In this document: positions 1 to 9,805 of the stretch, one piece after another
Layout: every line of letters begins with the position of its first letter
Position numbering within the stretch: the first letter of the stretch is position 1
NCBI GenBank assembly: GCA_949298405.1
Contig: CASFWA010000001.1
Location: 210,023-274,022 of the forward strand
Source: an uncultured Pseudomonadota bacterium
GTDB taxonomy: Bacteria > Pseudomonadota > Alphaproteobacteria > Rs-D84
Length of the DNA: 64,000 nt
Direction: 5' to 3'
Notes under the pieces: model-generated
The model's database searches: none
Told to the model about the DNA's origin: nothing
The model's input: only the letters and a program-made list of their open reading frames with translations
Translations under genes and position numbers: made by a program

Positions 1-1560
1 AAGAAATTTTTTGCTGTGTTATTTTTAACGCATTGTTTGTTTTATAACAATGCTGCTTTTCCTTATGTAATAAATGATTATAAATATGGTCAGAAATTAG
101 ACCTTCTGGAAAATACTGTTATTACAGAAAATGCACTTGTTGATGTGACGAATATAAATATTATTAATTCAATTTTTATCGCTAATAGTGGGGAATTGTC
201 TGGAAATATAAATGTTGCAGATGGACGGATTTTGCAAATCCAAAATATGGGTAAGGTGAATGCCAATTTTAGGATGGGCGAAAATGCAAGAATTGTTCAG
301 GTAGTTTATACAGATAAAGATTTTAATTCTATCGGGTTAAATAGTGAATATGATTTACTGATAAATAATTCAGAATCTTTATCGTTAAGTTCTGTAATCA
401 ATTTCGGTGCCGCTGCAGATAAAATTATATTTTATGATTCTGTATTAGAATTTAACAGTCTAATGCGGGTGCAAAGAAATAAGATTAATGAACCCAAAAT
501 TGAAATAGTTGGCAATGTAATTATTTATGTTAACTCTGTAGATGATATTTTAAATAGGCCAATATTATCTAATGTGTCTGGTGAAGGTAGTGTGTCTTTT
601 TATGTAGATAACCTTGATGATATGTATGTTATTAAATCATATCTTAGTGATGAAAATGTGTATGGAAAACTTGTTAGAGAAACTGATTATTCAAAAATTC
701 TCAAAAATAAGACAGGTGTCTTTCTTGATGATTTAAGAAGCAATACTCCTGATGATAAATTATTTAGTGCTTTGGATGTTGCTTCTGATAGAACAGAATT
801 AGAAAATGTTATGAATGATTCTGTAAAATTAAACCCTATTAATTTAATGAAACCGATTCGGATTTTTAATAGTTTTCAAGGGTTGAATATTCTTTCAAAT
901 GCTTCTGCGTTAGAAGTTGAACCGGTTTATATGTTTTCTGATGATTTTTATTCTTATGGAATAAATGCGCGGTTGAATTTCCATTCGTCAGATAAAATGA
1001 ATGTCGCTATATCTGGATATGGCGCAAGATTGGATTTTTCTGATTATATAAATGAATTTTCGTCTTGTTTATATGGGGCTAGTTTTAGATTAAATTATAA
1101 TGATGCTTTATTTGTATTGGACGGGGTTGCCGGGTTTACAGTCGCTAAGTTCGATGTAGGTGCTGTCTTTGATGGAAATAATATAGAAAATAACCCAAGT
1201 GGCGTTTCTTATTATTTTACAACTAATGTTGGGCATACTTTTAACATAATAGAAAATTTAGATTTTATTCCTTTTGTTAACATAGGTTTTGATTATGTTT
1301 CTGTGATGAGTTTGTCTGATATAGATTTTGTGACAGGTATTGGTTCAGATATAAAATTTAAATTAAATGATTTTGATATTAAATATGATTATGGATTACG
1401 GTTTCGTTTGTTGGCATCTGGGCAATTGTCTGGTGCGTTTCATGTAAATATTTTATCACCATTTGATAGAGCAGGCGGTAATGCAGAAATTGCTGCTATA
1501 TATGACGATAAAATCGGTGTTTCATATAATCTTAGGTTGGGGGCGATTATAGAATTTTAG
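1..1560 (+). CDS. Secreted/outer-membrane protein with C-terminal beta-barrel-like (autotransporter-like) region; 5'-partial
   Basis: Frame is open from base 1 (KKFFAVLFL..., signal-peptide-like), so the start lies just outside the window; alternating aromatic/hydrophobic strands in the C-terminal half and terminal Phe. Confidence 0.55.
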   Translation, partial: KKFFAVLFLTHCLFYNNAAFPYVINDYKYGQKLDLLENTVITENALVDVTNINIINSIFIANSGELSGNINVADGRILQIQNMGKVNANFRMGENARIVQVVYTDKDFNSIGLNSEYDLLINNSESLSLSSVINFGAAADKIIFYDSVLEFNSLMRVQRNKINEPKIEIVGNVIIYVNSVDDILNRPILSNVSGEGSVSFYVDNLDDMYVIKSYLSDENVYGKLVRETDYSKILKNKTGVFLDDLRSNTPDDKLFSALDVASDRTELENVMNDSVKLNPINLMKPIRIFNSFQGLNILSNASALEVEPVYMFSDDFYSYGINARLNFHSSDKMNVAISGYGARLDFSDYINEFSSCLYGASFRLNYNDALFVLDGVAGFTVAKFDVGAVFDGNNIENNPSGVSYYFTTNVGHTFNIIENLDFIPFVNIGFDYVSVMSLSDIDFVTGIGSDIKFKLNDFDIKYDYGLRFRLLASGQLSGAFHVNILSPFDRAGGNAEIAAIYDDKIGVSYNLRLGAIIEF

Positions 1561-2868
1561 TTAGTCTACAATCTCGCCACGTAAAGATGCTTTGTTTGCA
1601 GCAGTTATACGAATGTTCGCAAGTTGTTTTTCGCAGTTCGGCGATGTTGCGTTAACAATGCATTGTTGCATGTATGGTGTGCGATATACTAAATGTTTGC
1701 CGGTTTTGTCCGGTCCTTCGCATAAACACTCCATAGTTTTTCCAATACACGATTCGTTAAAACTTCTTTGCAGTTCATTTAGGTAAGAATCTAATTTTGC
1801 CAAACGCTCTGCTTTAATTGATTCTGGAATCTGGTCCTTCATTAATGCGGCTGCTGTATGAGGCCGAGGAGAATATTTAAAAGAATAAGAATTTATATAT
1901 TTTATTCTTTTTGCTATTTCCATCGTCTGTTCAAAATCAGAATCTGTTTCACCTGGGAAGCCAACAATAAAGTCGCTGGATATCTGAATATCAGGACGTG
2001 CCGACTTTAATTTGTCAACTATATCTATATATAGATTCAGGGTGTAAGGACGGTTCATTCTTGTCAATACATTCTGCGACCCGCTTTGTATAGGCATATT
2101 TAAAAAAGGTAATAATTTAGGTTCTGTTCTGAACATATCTATCAAGTCATCTGTCATTTCTGTTGGATAACTGGATGTAAATCGTATTCTTTTAATATTA
2201 TTCAGTTTTGCAGTTTCCTTTATCAAGTCAGATAAACGATATGTTTTGCCTTTTGCTTCATCTGTGTATTTATAACCATTTACATTTTGACCTAAGAAGC
2301 ATATTTCTATTGCGCCTGTATTTGCAGCGTGCTTTGTGTCGTGCAAGACTTCTTTAAAAGGGCGTGATAGTTCGCGACCGCGAGTGTAGGGCACAATACA
2401 ATATGTGCAGCAATGATTGCATCCTTCTTGAATAGGTATATATGCCACTGCGGGTGATTTTTCCATTCGTGGCAATTCGTCGAATTTTTCAAGCCCGGTT
2501 AAATCTATGTTTAATAATTTTGTTTCAGGATTTTTTAAAATTTCAGGCAGTTTATGATAACTTTGTGGGCCTAAAACAAAATTTAAATCAGGTATTCGTT
2601 GAAAAGCAGTTGCGCCCGCTTCGCGCGCAACGCAACCAACTATTCCAAATAGTGCGTCGGGCTTTTTGGCGCGACGGACACGCCCTAAGGCAGAAAATAC
2701 TTTATTCGTCGCTTTTTCGCGAACTGCGCATGTATTTAATATAATGATGTCTGCTTCTTCGATTTTGTCGGTTTGTTCAAAATCGTGCTTTTCTAACATG
2801 GCGGCGATTCGCTGACCGTCATAAACATTCATCTGACAACCAAAAGTTTGAATAAAGAATTTTTTCAT
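1561..2868 (-). CDS. miaB: tRNA-2-methylthio-N6-dimethylallyladenosine synthase
   Basis: TFGCQMN N-terminus, NTCAVRE, radical-SAM CNHCCTYC motif, C-terminal TRAM-like domain; ATG at 2868 preferred. Confidence 0.93.
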   Translation of the reverse strand: MKKFFIQTFGCQMNVYDGQRIAAMLEKHDFEQTDKIEEADIIILNTCAVREKATNKVFSALGRVRRAKKPDALFGIVGCVAREAGATAFQRIPDLNFVLGPQSYHKLPEILKNPETKLLNIDLTGLEKFDELPRMEKSPAVAYIPIQEGCNHCCTYCIVPYTRGRELSRPFKEVLHDTKHAANTGAIEICFLGQNVNGYKYTDEAKGKTYRLSDLIKETAKLNNIKRIRFTSSYPTEMTDDLIDMFRTEPKLLPFLNMPIQSGSQNVLTRMNRPYTLNLYIDIVDKLKSARPDIQISSDFIVGFPGETDSDFEQTMEIAKRIKYINSYSFKYSPRPHTAAALMKDQIPESIKAERLAKLDSYLNELQRSFNESCIGKTMECLCEGPDKTGKHLVYRTPYMQQCIVNATSPNCEKQLANIRITAANKASLRGEIVD

Positions 2869-2872
2869 AGTT

Positions 2873-3043
2873 TTATTTATGTTTTGTGTTTTCTGCACGA
2901 AATTTTTTTGCTTTTATTTTTTGTATATTTCTTAATGTTTCTTGACTGTGAACGAGTTTTTTTATTTCTGGGTCAGGTATTTCAATAACTCCATATTGAA
3001 CGCCCGTTATACAATCGTCTTTTATTATACCTATAACTTTCAT
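2873..3043 (-). CDS. Small basic hypothetical protein (56 aa), not in the ORF track
   Basis: Hand translation MKVIGIIKDDCITGVQYGVIEIPDPEIKKLVHSQETLRNIQKIKAKKFRAENTKHK*; AAAGGAAAAAGT RBS before ATG; fills the gatB-miaB gap exactly. Confidence 0.6.
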   Translation of the reverse strand: MKVIGIIKDDCITGVQYGVIEIPDPEIKKLVHSQETLRNIQKIKAKKFRAENTKHK

Positions 3044-3055
3044 ACTTTTTCCTTT

Positions 3056-4576
3056 TTATGCTAGTTTCTTTTTAAGTAGTTCGTTTACAACCGCTGGATT
3101 TGCTTTGCCGCCTGTTGCTTTCATTACGCCGCCAACAAAGAATCCTAGCAGACCAACTTTACCTGATTTATACTGTTCTACTTGTGCAGGGTTCGCAGCA
3201 ATTATATCATCAACGGCTTTTTCTATTGCGCCAGTATCTGTAATTTGCTTCATACCGAATCGGTCTGCAATTTCTTTTGGCGTTCCCGATTCGCCGTCTA
3301 ACATTTTGATAAAGATTTCTTTTGCTTGTTTTCCGTTAATTTCATTCGCGGAAATCATATCTACTAATTCTGCTAAATTTTCAGGTGTAATAATCCGCGC
3401 TTCGCCTTGCTCAGATGTATCCACAGCGTTTTTTGCATCCCAATTTTCTGGGTGTGCAAATAGTTCACTTATCATCCAGTTCGCAATTGGTTTTGCGCGT
3501 TCCGATTTTCCGTTAACAGCAGTATCAAACCATTTTGATATGTCTGTCGATTCGGTAAGTCTTGCTGCATCATATTCGTTTAAACCCATGCTTATATATC
3601 TTGCACGTGTTGCAGCAGGTAATTCAGGCATTGTTTGCTTTATGCGTTCAATCATTTCATCGCTGATTTCCAAAGGTAATAAGTCTGGGTCCGGAAAATA
3701 GCGATAGTCCAAAGCGTCTTCCTTGCTGCGCATTACAGATGTTGTGCCTTCGGATTGGCTATATCTCATTGTGTCTTGTGATACTGTGCCACCAGTTTCA
3801 TATATTTCTATTTGGCGACGTGCTTCGTATTCAATTGCAGATTTTATAAACTTAAATGAAACCATGTTCTTTGTTTCTGTACGCGTTCTGAATTCATTTG
3901 AACCAACAGGTCTGACGGATACATTTACGTCTGCACGCATAGAACCTTCTTCCATGTTTGCTTTTGACACACCTAGTGCACGCGCGATTTCACGAATTTC
4001 ACGTAGATAGCGCTCCGCTTCATCGGGAGAGGTTATATAAGAATTATTTTCAGGATTTTTTGTGTCTAAAAATGTGACAATTTCTAGTAATGCTACACCT
4101 GTTCGGTTGTAATCCGCAAATGATTTTGTTGGGTGTACATCATGTTTTAATTTACCTGCATCTTGTTCCAAATGTGCACGTTCAATTAAAATCTTTTTAG
4201 GTTTTCCGTCGTCCCCCATAATTTCAACCCAACCACGACCTACGACTGGTGGTTCTTCGGCTGGTTGTGAAATCTGATAACCTTGGGGAAGGTCAGGGTA
4301 AAAATATTGTTTACGTGCAAATTTACTCTTTCTGGATATTTCTGCATTTAAACCCAAACCCATTTTAATAGCCTGTTCTACGCAGAATTCATTTAGTACA
4401 GGAAGCATACCTGGCATAGCAGCATCAACCATAGATACCTGAGTGTTAGGGGCGATTGTCGGGTTATAGTTTGCAGATGCACCACTAAAAAGTTTGCTGT
4501 TAGACAGAACTTCTATATGTGTTTCAAGCCCTATGACTAATTCCCAATCTGTTGTTTTACCCTTTATCGTAAACAT
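3056..4576 (-). CDS. gatB: Asp/Glu-tRNA amidotransferase subunit B
   Basis: VIGLETH, FARKQYFYPDLPQGYQISQ, MEEGSMRADVNVS, YRYFPDPDL, C-terminal YqeY domain. Confidence 0.97.
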   Translation of the reverse strand: MFTIKGKTTDWELVIGLETHIEVLSNSKLFSGASANYNPTIAPNTQVSMVDAAMPGMLPVLNEFCVEQAIKMGLGLNAEISRKSKFARKQYFYPDLPQGYQISQPAEEPPVVGRGWVEIMGDDGKPKKILIERAHLEQDAGKLKHDVHPTKSFADYNRTGVALLEIVTFLDTKNPENNSYITSPDEAERYLREIREIARALGVSKANMEEGSMRADVNVSVRPVGSNEFRTRTETKNMVSFKFIKSAIEYEARRQIEIYETGGTVSQDTMRYSQSEGTTSVMRSKEDALDYRYFPDPDLLPLEISDEMIERIKQTMPELPAATRARYISMGLNEYDAARLTESTDISKWFDTAVNGKSERAKPIANWMISELFAHPENWDAKNAVDTSEQGEARIITPENLAELVDMISANEINGKQAKEIFIKMLDGESGTPKEIADRFGMKQITDTGAIEKAVDDIIAANPAQVEQYKSGKVGLLGFFVGGVMKATGGKANPAVVNELLKKKLA

Positions 4577-4629
4577 TTTTATTTTTCCTTGCTTTTTTCT
4601 TTTTAGTATCTTATTATTCGTTTCGCGTT

Positions 4630-4702
4630 GGCTAGATAGCTCAGTTGGTAGAGCAAGGGACTGAAAATCCCTGTGTCAGTGGTTCGATTCCACTTCTAGC
4701 CA
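4630..4702 (+). tRNA. tRNA-Phe (GAA)
   Basis: Acceptor GGCTAGA/TCTAGCC, D arm GCTCAGTTGGTAGAGC, anticodon arm AGGGA-CTGAAAA-TCCCT, GGTTCGATTCC; followed by CCT rather than CCA. Confidence 0.97.
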
Positions 4703-4724
4703 CCTTAGACCTTCGGGTCTTTTT

Positions 4725-6191
4725 TTATTTCCCCATTACTTTTGTTGGTCTGTTATCTATACCTGCAAATTGCTCGATATGCTTTGCTAGTTGTAGAACT
4801 TTTAAATCATCAAAGCGTTTACCAACAACTTGCATTCCTAGTGGTAAGCCGTTCTCTGCCAATCCACAGGGTACGCTGCATGCAGGAATACCAGCCAAAT
4901 TCATCGCTACTGTAAATAAATCAAGTGCATAGTATTCAAGTGGCGTTAAATCCGAATCAAGTGGCATAGCCGTACCTGCGCCAGAAGGGCATAGTATTAA
5001 ATCGCATTGTTCAAATGCTTTATTGAAACTATCTGCAATCATACGACGTACCCGCGCGGCTTGCATGAAATATACTTCATACGATTCGCTGGATAATACA
5101 GCGGTACCAACTATCATTCGACGTTGTACTTCTTCACCAAAACCAGCGGCGCGTGTCTTTTTATATGTGTCTATTAAATCTTCGCCTTCTATGCGCAAAC
5201 CGTATTTCATGCCGTCATAGCGCGCCAGGTTAGAAGACGCTTCTGCTGGTGCAATTATATAATATGCAGCCAACGCGTCTAATATATTAGGAATAGAAAC
5301 TTCAACTATTTCTGCACCAATGGATTTCAAGTCTTCAATGCGTGCATTAAACAATCGTTTCATATCCGCAGATACTTCAACAGCTGCAAATTCTTTTATT
5401 ATACCGACACGCAGTGTTTTCCCGTCACCTAATATAGGAGATAGGGGTACTGTTGCATTAAATCCTTTATCACTGCTTGTGGAATCTTTTGGGTCGTGTC
5501 CAGCCATGGCAGATAATAATAATGCAGCGTCATCGACTGTCCTTGCAATAGGGCCTGGTGTGTCTAAACTAGATGCAAATGCGACGCATCCCCAACGGCT
5601 GCATAAACCATATGTTGGTTTCATGCCAACTAACCCTGTTATTGCAGAAGGGAAACGAATCGAACCACCTGTGTCTGTGCCTGTGCCGCCAATTGCTAAA
5701 CCACTTGCAATTGCACTTGTTGCACCGCCAGAAGAACCACCAGCAGTTAATCTTTTTTCCATTTGCCATGGGTTTACTGGGGCACCAAAATAACTTGTCT
5801 TGCTGAAAGTCCCCATAGCAAATTCATCAAGGTTTGTTTTCCCCAATAATACAGTTCCTGCATCTATAAATTTCTGGGATACAGTCGATTCGTATTCTGG
5901 TACAAAGTTTTCGAGCATTCTTGACGCGGCAGTTGTTCTGATGCCGCGCGTTGCAAATAAATCTTTCATACCAATTGGAATGCCGTCCAAGGGCAGGGCA
6001 GTACCCGCTGCATAACGTGCGTCAGATGCAGCAGCGTCTGCCATCGCACGTTCTGGTGTGACTGTTATATAGCAATTTAATTCCTTGCCATATTTTTCTA
6101 TTCTGTCCAAATAAGCACGAGTTAGTTCAACTGCACTTATTTCACCTGATTTCAATTTCTGTAATGCTTCTGTAATTGTTAGGTCTATCAT
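4725..6191 (-). CDS. gatA: Asp/Glu-tRNA amidotransferase subunit A
   Basis: Amidase signature GGSSGG, GTDTGGSIRFP, EASSNLARYDG; ATG at 6191 preferred over TTG at 6206. Confidence 0.97.
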   Translation of the reverse strand: MIDLTITEALQKLKSGEISAVELTRAYLDRIEKYGKELNCYITVTPERAMADAAASDARYAAGTALPLDGIPIGMKDLFATRGIRTTAASRMLENFVPEYESTVSQKFIDAGTVLLGKTNLDEFAMGTFSKTSYFGAPVNPWQMEKRLTAGGSSGGATSAIASGLAIGGTGTDTGGSIRFPSAITGLVGMKPTYGLCSRWGCVAFASSLDTPGPIARTVDDAALLLSAMAGHDPKDSTSSDKGFNATVPLSPILGDGKTLRVGIIKEFAAVEVSADMKRLFNARIEDLKSIGAEIVEVSIPNILDALAAYYIIAPAEASSNLARYDGMKYGLRIEGEDLIDTYKKTRAAGFGEEVQRRMIVGTAVLSSESYEVYFMQAARVRRMIADSFNKAFEQCDLILCPSGAGTAMPLDSDLTPLEYYALDLFTVAMNLAGIPACSVPCGLAENGLPLGMQVVGKRFDDLKVLQLAKHIEQFAGIDNRPTKVMGK

Positions 6192-6216
6192 TTGTATCAC
6201 TTTCAATTTTTATTAA

Positions 6217-6510
6217 TTATTCATCCATAACTTTTGGTACAGCAAAGTATCCACGCGAAATACCTGCATTGTCTGGGGCGTTTGATAAAACTAAATCCCT
6301 GATATTTCCATCTGTGACAACGTCTGCGCGTCGTGGTAATTTGTGTTCCGCTGGATTTAACATAGGTTCAACCCCTGTGGTATTAATCTTTTGTAATTTA
6401 TCCAGCCATTCAATTACAGAATCAATATTCATTTTTTCCAGTTTTTCTTCTGAAATATCAATTCTTATTAAATCTGCAAATTTTTTTAATTGTTGCTTGC
6501 TAAAAGCCAT
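6217..6510 (-). CDS. gatC: Asp/Glu-tRNA amidotransferase subunit C
   Basis: T.GVEP...RADVV...NAP...YFAVPKV motifs; directly upstream of gatA. Confidence 0.93.
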   Translation of the reverse strand: MAFSKQQLKKFADLIRIDISEEKLEKMNIDSVIEWLDKLQKINTTGVEPMLNPAEHKLPRRADVVTDGNIRDLVLSNAPDNAGISRGYFAVPKVMDE

Positions 6511-6559
6511 TTCTAATCCTATTCTGTTTATATATTTTACAAACAGAGGAAATTATACA

Positions 6560-7012
6560 ATGATTTTGCCAGAATTCAAGGCTTTTCCACGCACAGGACG
6601 CGTTTTAGGAGTTGACTGGGGCGCAAAAAGAACAGGTGTTGCTATTTCTGATGAAACACGTAATTTCTTTTTTGCAAGAGAGCCTATTGTTGCTTCTAAA
6701 TTGGGGGCTTCTATCGCAAAGCAAATTGCTGATTTAGCAACCGCAGAAAAAGTTGTTGGTATCGTTTTTGGGCTGCCTTTATATGCAGATGGAAAAGAAT
6801 CTGAAACTACTAAGTTAGTTCGTGCGTGTGCCACAGAAACGTGCACATACATCGATTTGCCTGTTGCTTTTATAGAAGAGAATTTAACAAGTTTTTCTGC
6901 CCAGGAAAGTATGGGAAAAGTCCGGATTTCTGATATAAAACAGAAATTGGATTCAGAATCTGCACGATTGATTCTTGAAAATGCGATTGCTTTGTTAAAT
7001 AGATTAATTTAA
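6560..7012 (+). CDS. ruvX: YqgF/RuvX family nuclease (pre-16S rRNA maturation)
   Basis: LGVDWGAKRTGVAISD, GLP, EENLTS, DSESA motifs; ATG at 6560 with GAGG RBS (track ORF over-extended). Confidence 0.9.
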   Translation: MILPEFKAFPRTGRVLGVDWGAKRTGVAISDETRNFFFAREPIVASKLGASIAKQIADLATAEKVVGIVFGLPLYADGKESETTKLVRACATETCTYIDLPVAFIEENLTSFSAQESMGKVRISDIKQKLDSESARLILENAIALLNRLI

Positions 7013-7023
7013 TTTAAATAAAC

Positions 7024-7070
7024 AATAAAACGCAGAAACGGTGCATATAGCGCCGTTTCTGCGTTTTATT
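7024..7070. terminator. Bidirectional intrinsic terminator
   Basis: AATAAAACGCAGAAACGGTGC-atata-GCGCCGTTTCTGCGTTTTATT between convergent genes. Confidence 0.85.
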
Positions 7071-8115
7071 ATTCTTCTCTTTTATCAGGTATTTTCCCGT
7101 CCGCAGATAGTAATATTGCAATCCAACGTGTTGAATCAAATTGTGCGGTTATTATGAATGTCGCCACTAATAATGGCACACTGAAAAACATCCCAGCAAT
7201 TCCCCAAATCATACCCCAAAATACTAAGTTTATTAATATGGCAAGTGTCGAAAGATTTAATGTTTTTCCAGTGAATTTAGGCTCTAAGATATTGCCAAAT
7301 ATTATTTGTAAACCAATAAGCCCTATGGCTGTTAGTATCGGCTGTTGTAAAGATGGTGCGGTAATCAAAGAAAATATAATAGGTAATCCACATGCAACAA
7401 TTGCACCTATTGTTGGAATATAACTTGTTATAAATACTATAAACGCCCATATCCCAGCAAACTCTACGCCTATCATTTGTAGCCAGAAATAAGATAAAAT
7501 GCCCGTTATACCTGATAATAATGTTTTCATAAACAAATATTTCTTCATGTTATTATCAATACTATCTAAGATATATCTCATTTTTTTTGACTGCGTTTTA
7601 TTTGGAAATAATACAGCAAATTTTTTGTTGAATGTGCTTTGTTCTATGAACATAAAAAGCATGTATATCAAAATCATACCCGCAGATGTCACAAGGTTTG
7701 CCGCAGATGCACCTATGTTAGTCGCGATGTTTGCTATGTTTGGTATCATGCTGGCATCAAAATGTATCCCGAGTGATTCAGATAAGTAATTCCCAAATAC
7801 TATCAGTTTGTGTTGAATTAATGGCATCGCGCCTATTAGTTCTTTGAACATTGGTTGTATCTGTGTCACAAAGAAATAAAGTAGAGCGCATAAAATCAGT
7901 GTTGATAAAATATTGGATGCCCAATCAAAAGAACGAGATAAAATAGGACGGCGTTTCCTATTCTCGTCAGAATTGTATGGCATTATTTTTCTAAAATATG
8001 CAGATGTCGCATTTATTAAATACCATAAGAACGTTGCAACTAGTAAAGGTATTAAAATAGAACGACCTAGCCATAAGAAAAAAATTATGGCAACAAATAA
8101 AATTAACCCATTCAT
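7069..8115 (-). CDS. AI-2E family transporter
   Basis: Multi-TM 348 aa; YIPTIG, GNILEPKFTG.LNLS, WGIAGMFFSVP motifs. Confidence 0.88.
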   Translation of the reverse strand: MNGLILFVAIIFFLWLGRSILIPLLVATFLWYLINATSAYFRKIMPYNSDENRKRRPILSRSFDWASNILSTLILCALLYFFVTQIQPMFKELIGAMPLIQHKLIVFGNYLSESLGIHFDASMIPNIANIATNIGASAANLVTSAGMILIYMLFMFIEQSTFNKKFAVLFPNKTQSKKMRYILDSIDNNMKKYLFMKTLLSGITGILSYFWLQMIGVEFAGIWAFIVFITSYIPTIGAIVACGLPIIFSLITAPSLQQPILTAIGLIGLQIIFGNILEPKFTGKTLNLSTLAILINLVFWGMIWGIAGMFFSVPLLVATFIITAQFDSTRWIAILLSADGKIPDKREE

Positions 8116-8158
8116 AAAAACCTCCTATGCCTTGTATCTGTGCATATAGCGCGTTTTT

Positions 8159-9085
8159 TTAGTTGTTTGGTATTGCTGCTGAAACCTCATTAATATTCAT
8201 GGTTATATTTGTTATTTCAGATGCGCTTAAATATACAATTAAGCCGATTAAACAAATTATTAAAATTATGTTTAGTATTATCGCAAAAGACGAGTATTTA
8301 TGAGGTAAAATTTTACCAAAACCGTCCTTGCCATATATATTTAACCATATAGCAAAGATTACTGCTAAAAACAGCGTTAGCAATATTGAATTAAACCCGA
8401 AGAAAAAGCCTGAAAAGGTGACTAATGCTATAAATACTATAATTGTATTAACAGTGTTTGATAATACCCAATCAGTAAATTTATTATACCATTTTGTTTT
8501 TAGTTGTAATGTTTGTTTGCCTTTCTTCACATCTGGTAAAATGTATCCAGGTATCCATAGTAAACCAAACCCCAGCGGCATTGAACATAATATTTTCCAA
8601 GGCGAAATTCCCAATGTTCTGCATCTGCGGAATTTTAAATATAAGTTAGCAATAAATAAACCACATAGGTATAAATAAAATAATGCGGCTACTACAATTA
8701 TAGCAATAAATGATGCACTGGAATGGGTAGGCATTAGTAAAAGTTTTAGCATTATAGTGTTCGCATTCGCGACAATTATAAGTGTTGATATTATAAATGC
8801 TGCAGATGTAAAAAATATTTGTGCATTATTTATGGCGACAAAACTTTTCCTATCCAGATTATCCGACGGCATTTTCCTTAACATTAGATAAGCACTTACT
8901 GCAAATGCAACTGCTAATAATATTGTTAGCAGGCTTTTAGATTCTGTACCGCCATTAAAAATAAGAGATGAAATAACAGCATATATGAATCCCACACCAA
9001 TCATCATAAGAAATGTAATTACACTAAATTTTATCGGTTTCCATAGAAGCCAATCTAATAAAGTTAAAGACTTTTTTTCTGCCAT
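8159..9085 (-). CDS. Hypothetical multi-pass membrane protein
   Basis: About 8 hydrophobic segments; KFRRCRTLGISPW resembles the DUF805 loop motif. Confidence 0.6.
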   Translation of the reverse strand: MAEKKSLTLLDWLLWKPIKFSVITFLMMIGVGFIYAVISSLIFNGGTESKSLLTILLAVAFAVSAYLMLRKMPSDNLDRKSFVAINNAQIFFTSAAFIISTLIIVANANTIMLKLLLMPTHSSASFIAIIVVAALFYLYLCGLFIANLYLKFRRCRTLGISPWKILCSMPLGFGLLWIPGYILPDVKKGKQTLQLKTKWYNKFTDWVLSNTVNTIIVFIALVTFSGFFFGFNSILLTLFLAVIFAIWLNIYGKDGFGKILPHKYSSFAIILNIILIICLIGLIVYLSASEITNITMNINEVSAAIPNN

Positions 9086-9107
9086 TGTTTTTCCTTTGCT
9101 TTTCTGT

Positions 9108-9803
9108 TTATTCTATCACAACTTTACCTTTTGATAAAGTTGTTATAGCGTCTGGTTTTACTAGCGAAGTAAAGTTTTGTTGATGACTTATGAAAAGAAA
9201 TGTTGTTTCAGGCATTTCTTCCATTGTCTTTACAATTTGTTGTTGCACAGTACTATCTGCACCAGAATCTGGTTCGTCTAATATTGCAAGCCTTGGTTTC
9301 GTTAACATAAGACGCAATAACATAAGTTTTTTTCTTTCACCACCAGAAAAACCAACGTTTATACTTCTGTTTAACCATTCTTTCGGAATTTCTAGTTTTT
9401 CCCTGGCTGCTTCTAAATTTGTTAAAAATTCACCCATTGATAATTCTTTTCCAGTTTGAAAATGTGTGTGTGCAGAAATAGAATGCTTTAAAAAACTAAG
9501 TACTGTTAGACCGGGAATTTCAGGAACATTTTGCGCGCCTAAGAAAATTCCACGTAATGCTCTGTTTGTGGTGTTTTCTTTTGTTATGTCTGTTCCGTCA
9601 AATATTATTTTGCCGGTATCGATAGTGTAATCTGGATTGCCAGCAATCGTTTCAACAAGAGTTGTTTTCCCAGAACCGTTATGTCCCGATAACAGATGAC
9701 GTTCACCATTTTTTATTGTCAGATTTATATCTGATAGAAGTTTTTTCCCGTTTAAAGATACAGACAAGTTTTCTATTTTTAACATATTATTTCCTGTAAT
9801 CAT
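9108..9803 (-). CDS. sufC: Fe-S cluster assembly ATPase
   Basis: GHNGSGKT, Q.VPEIPG, NVGFSGGERK, LDEPDSG; adjacent to sufB. Confidence 0.9.
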   Translation of the reverse strand: MITGNNMLKIENLSVSLNGKKLLSDINLTIKNGERHLLSGHNGSGKTTLVETIAGNPDYTIDTGKIIFDGTDITKENTTNRALRGIFLGAQNVPEIPGLTVLSFLKHSISAHTHFQTGKELSMGEFLTNLEAAREKLEIPKEWLNRSINVGFSGGERKKLMLLRLMLTKPRLAILDEPDSGADSTVQQQIVKTMEEMPETTFLFISHQQNFTSLVKPDAITTLSKGKVVIE

Positions 9804-9805
9804 TT

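Noticed and set aside
4645..4932. 95-aa + strand ORF
   Set aside because: Translation of the tRNA-Phe gene and antisense of gatA
6176..6559. N-terminal extension of ruvX in the ORF track
   Set aside because: Antisense to gatC; the real start is ATG 6560 with RBS
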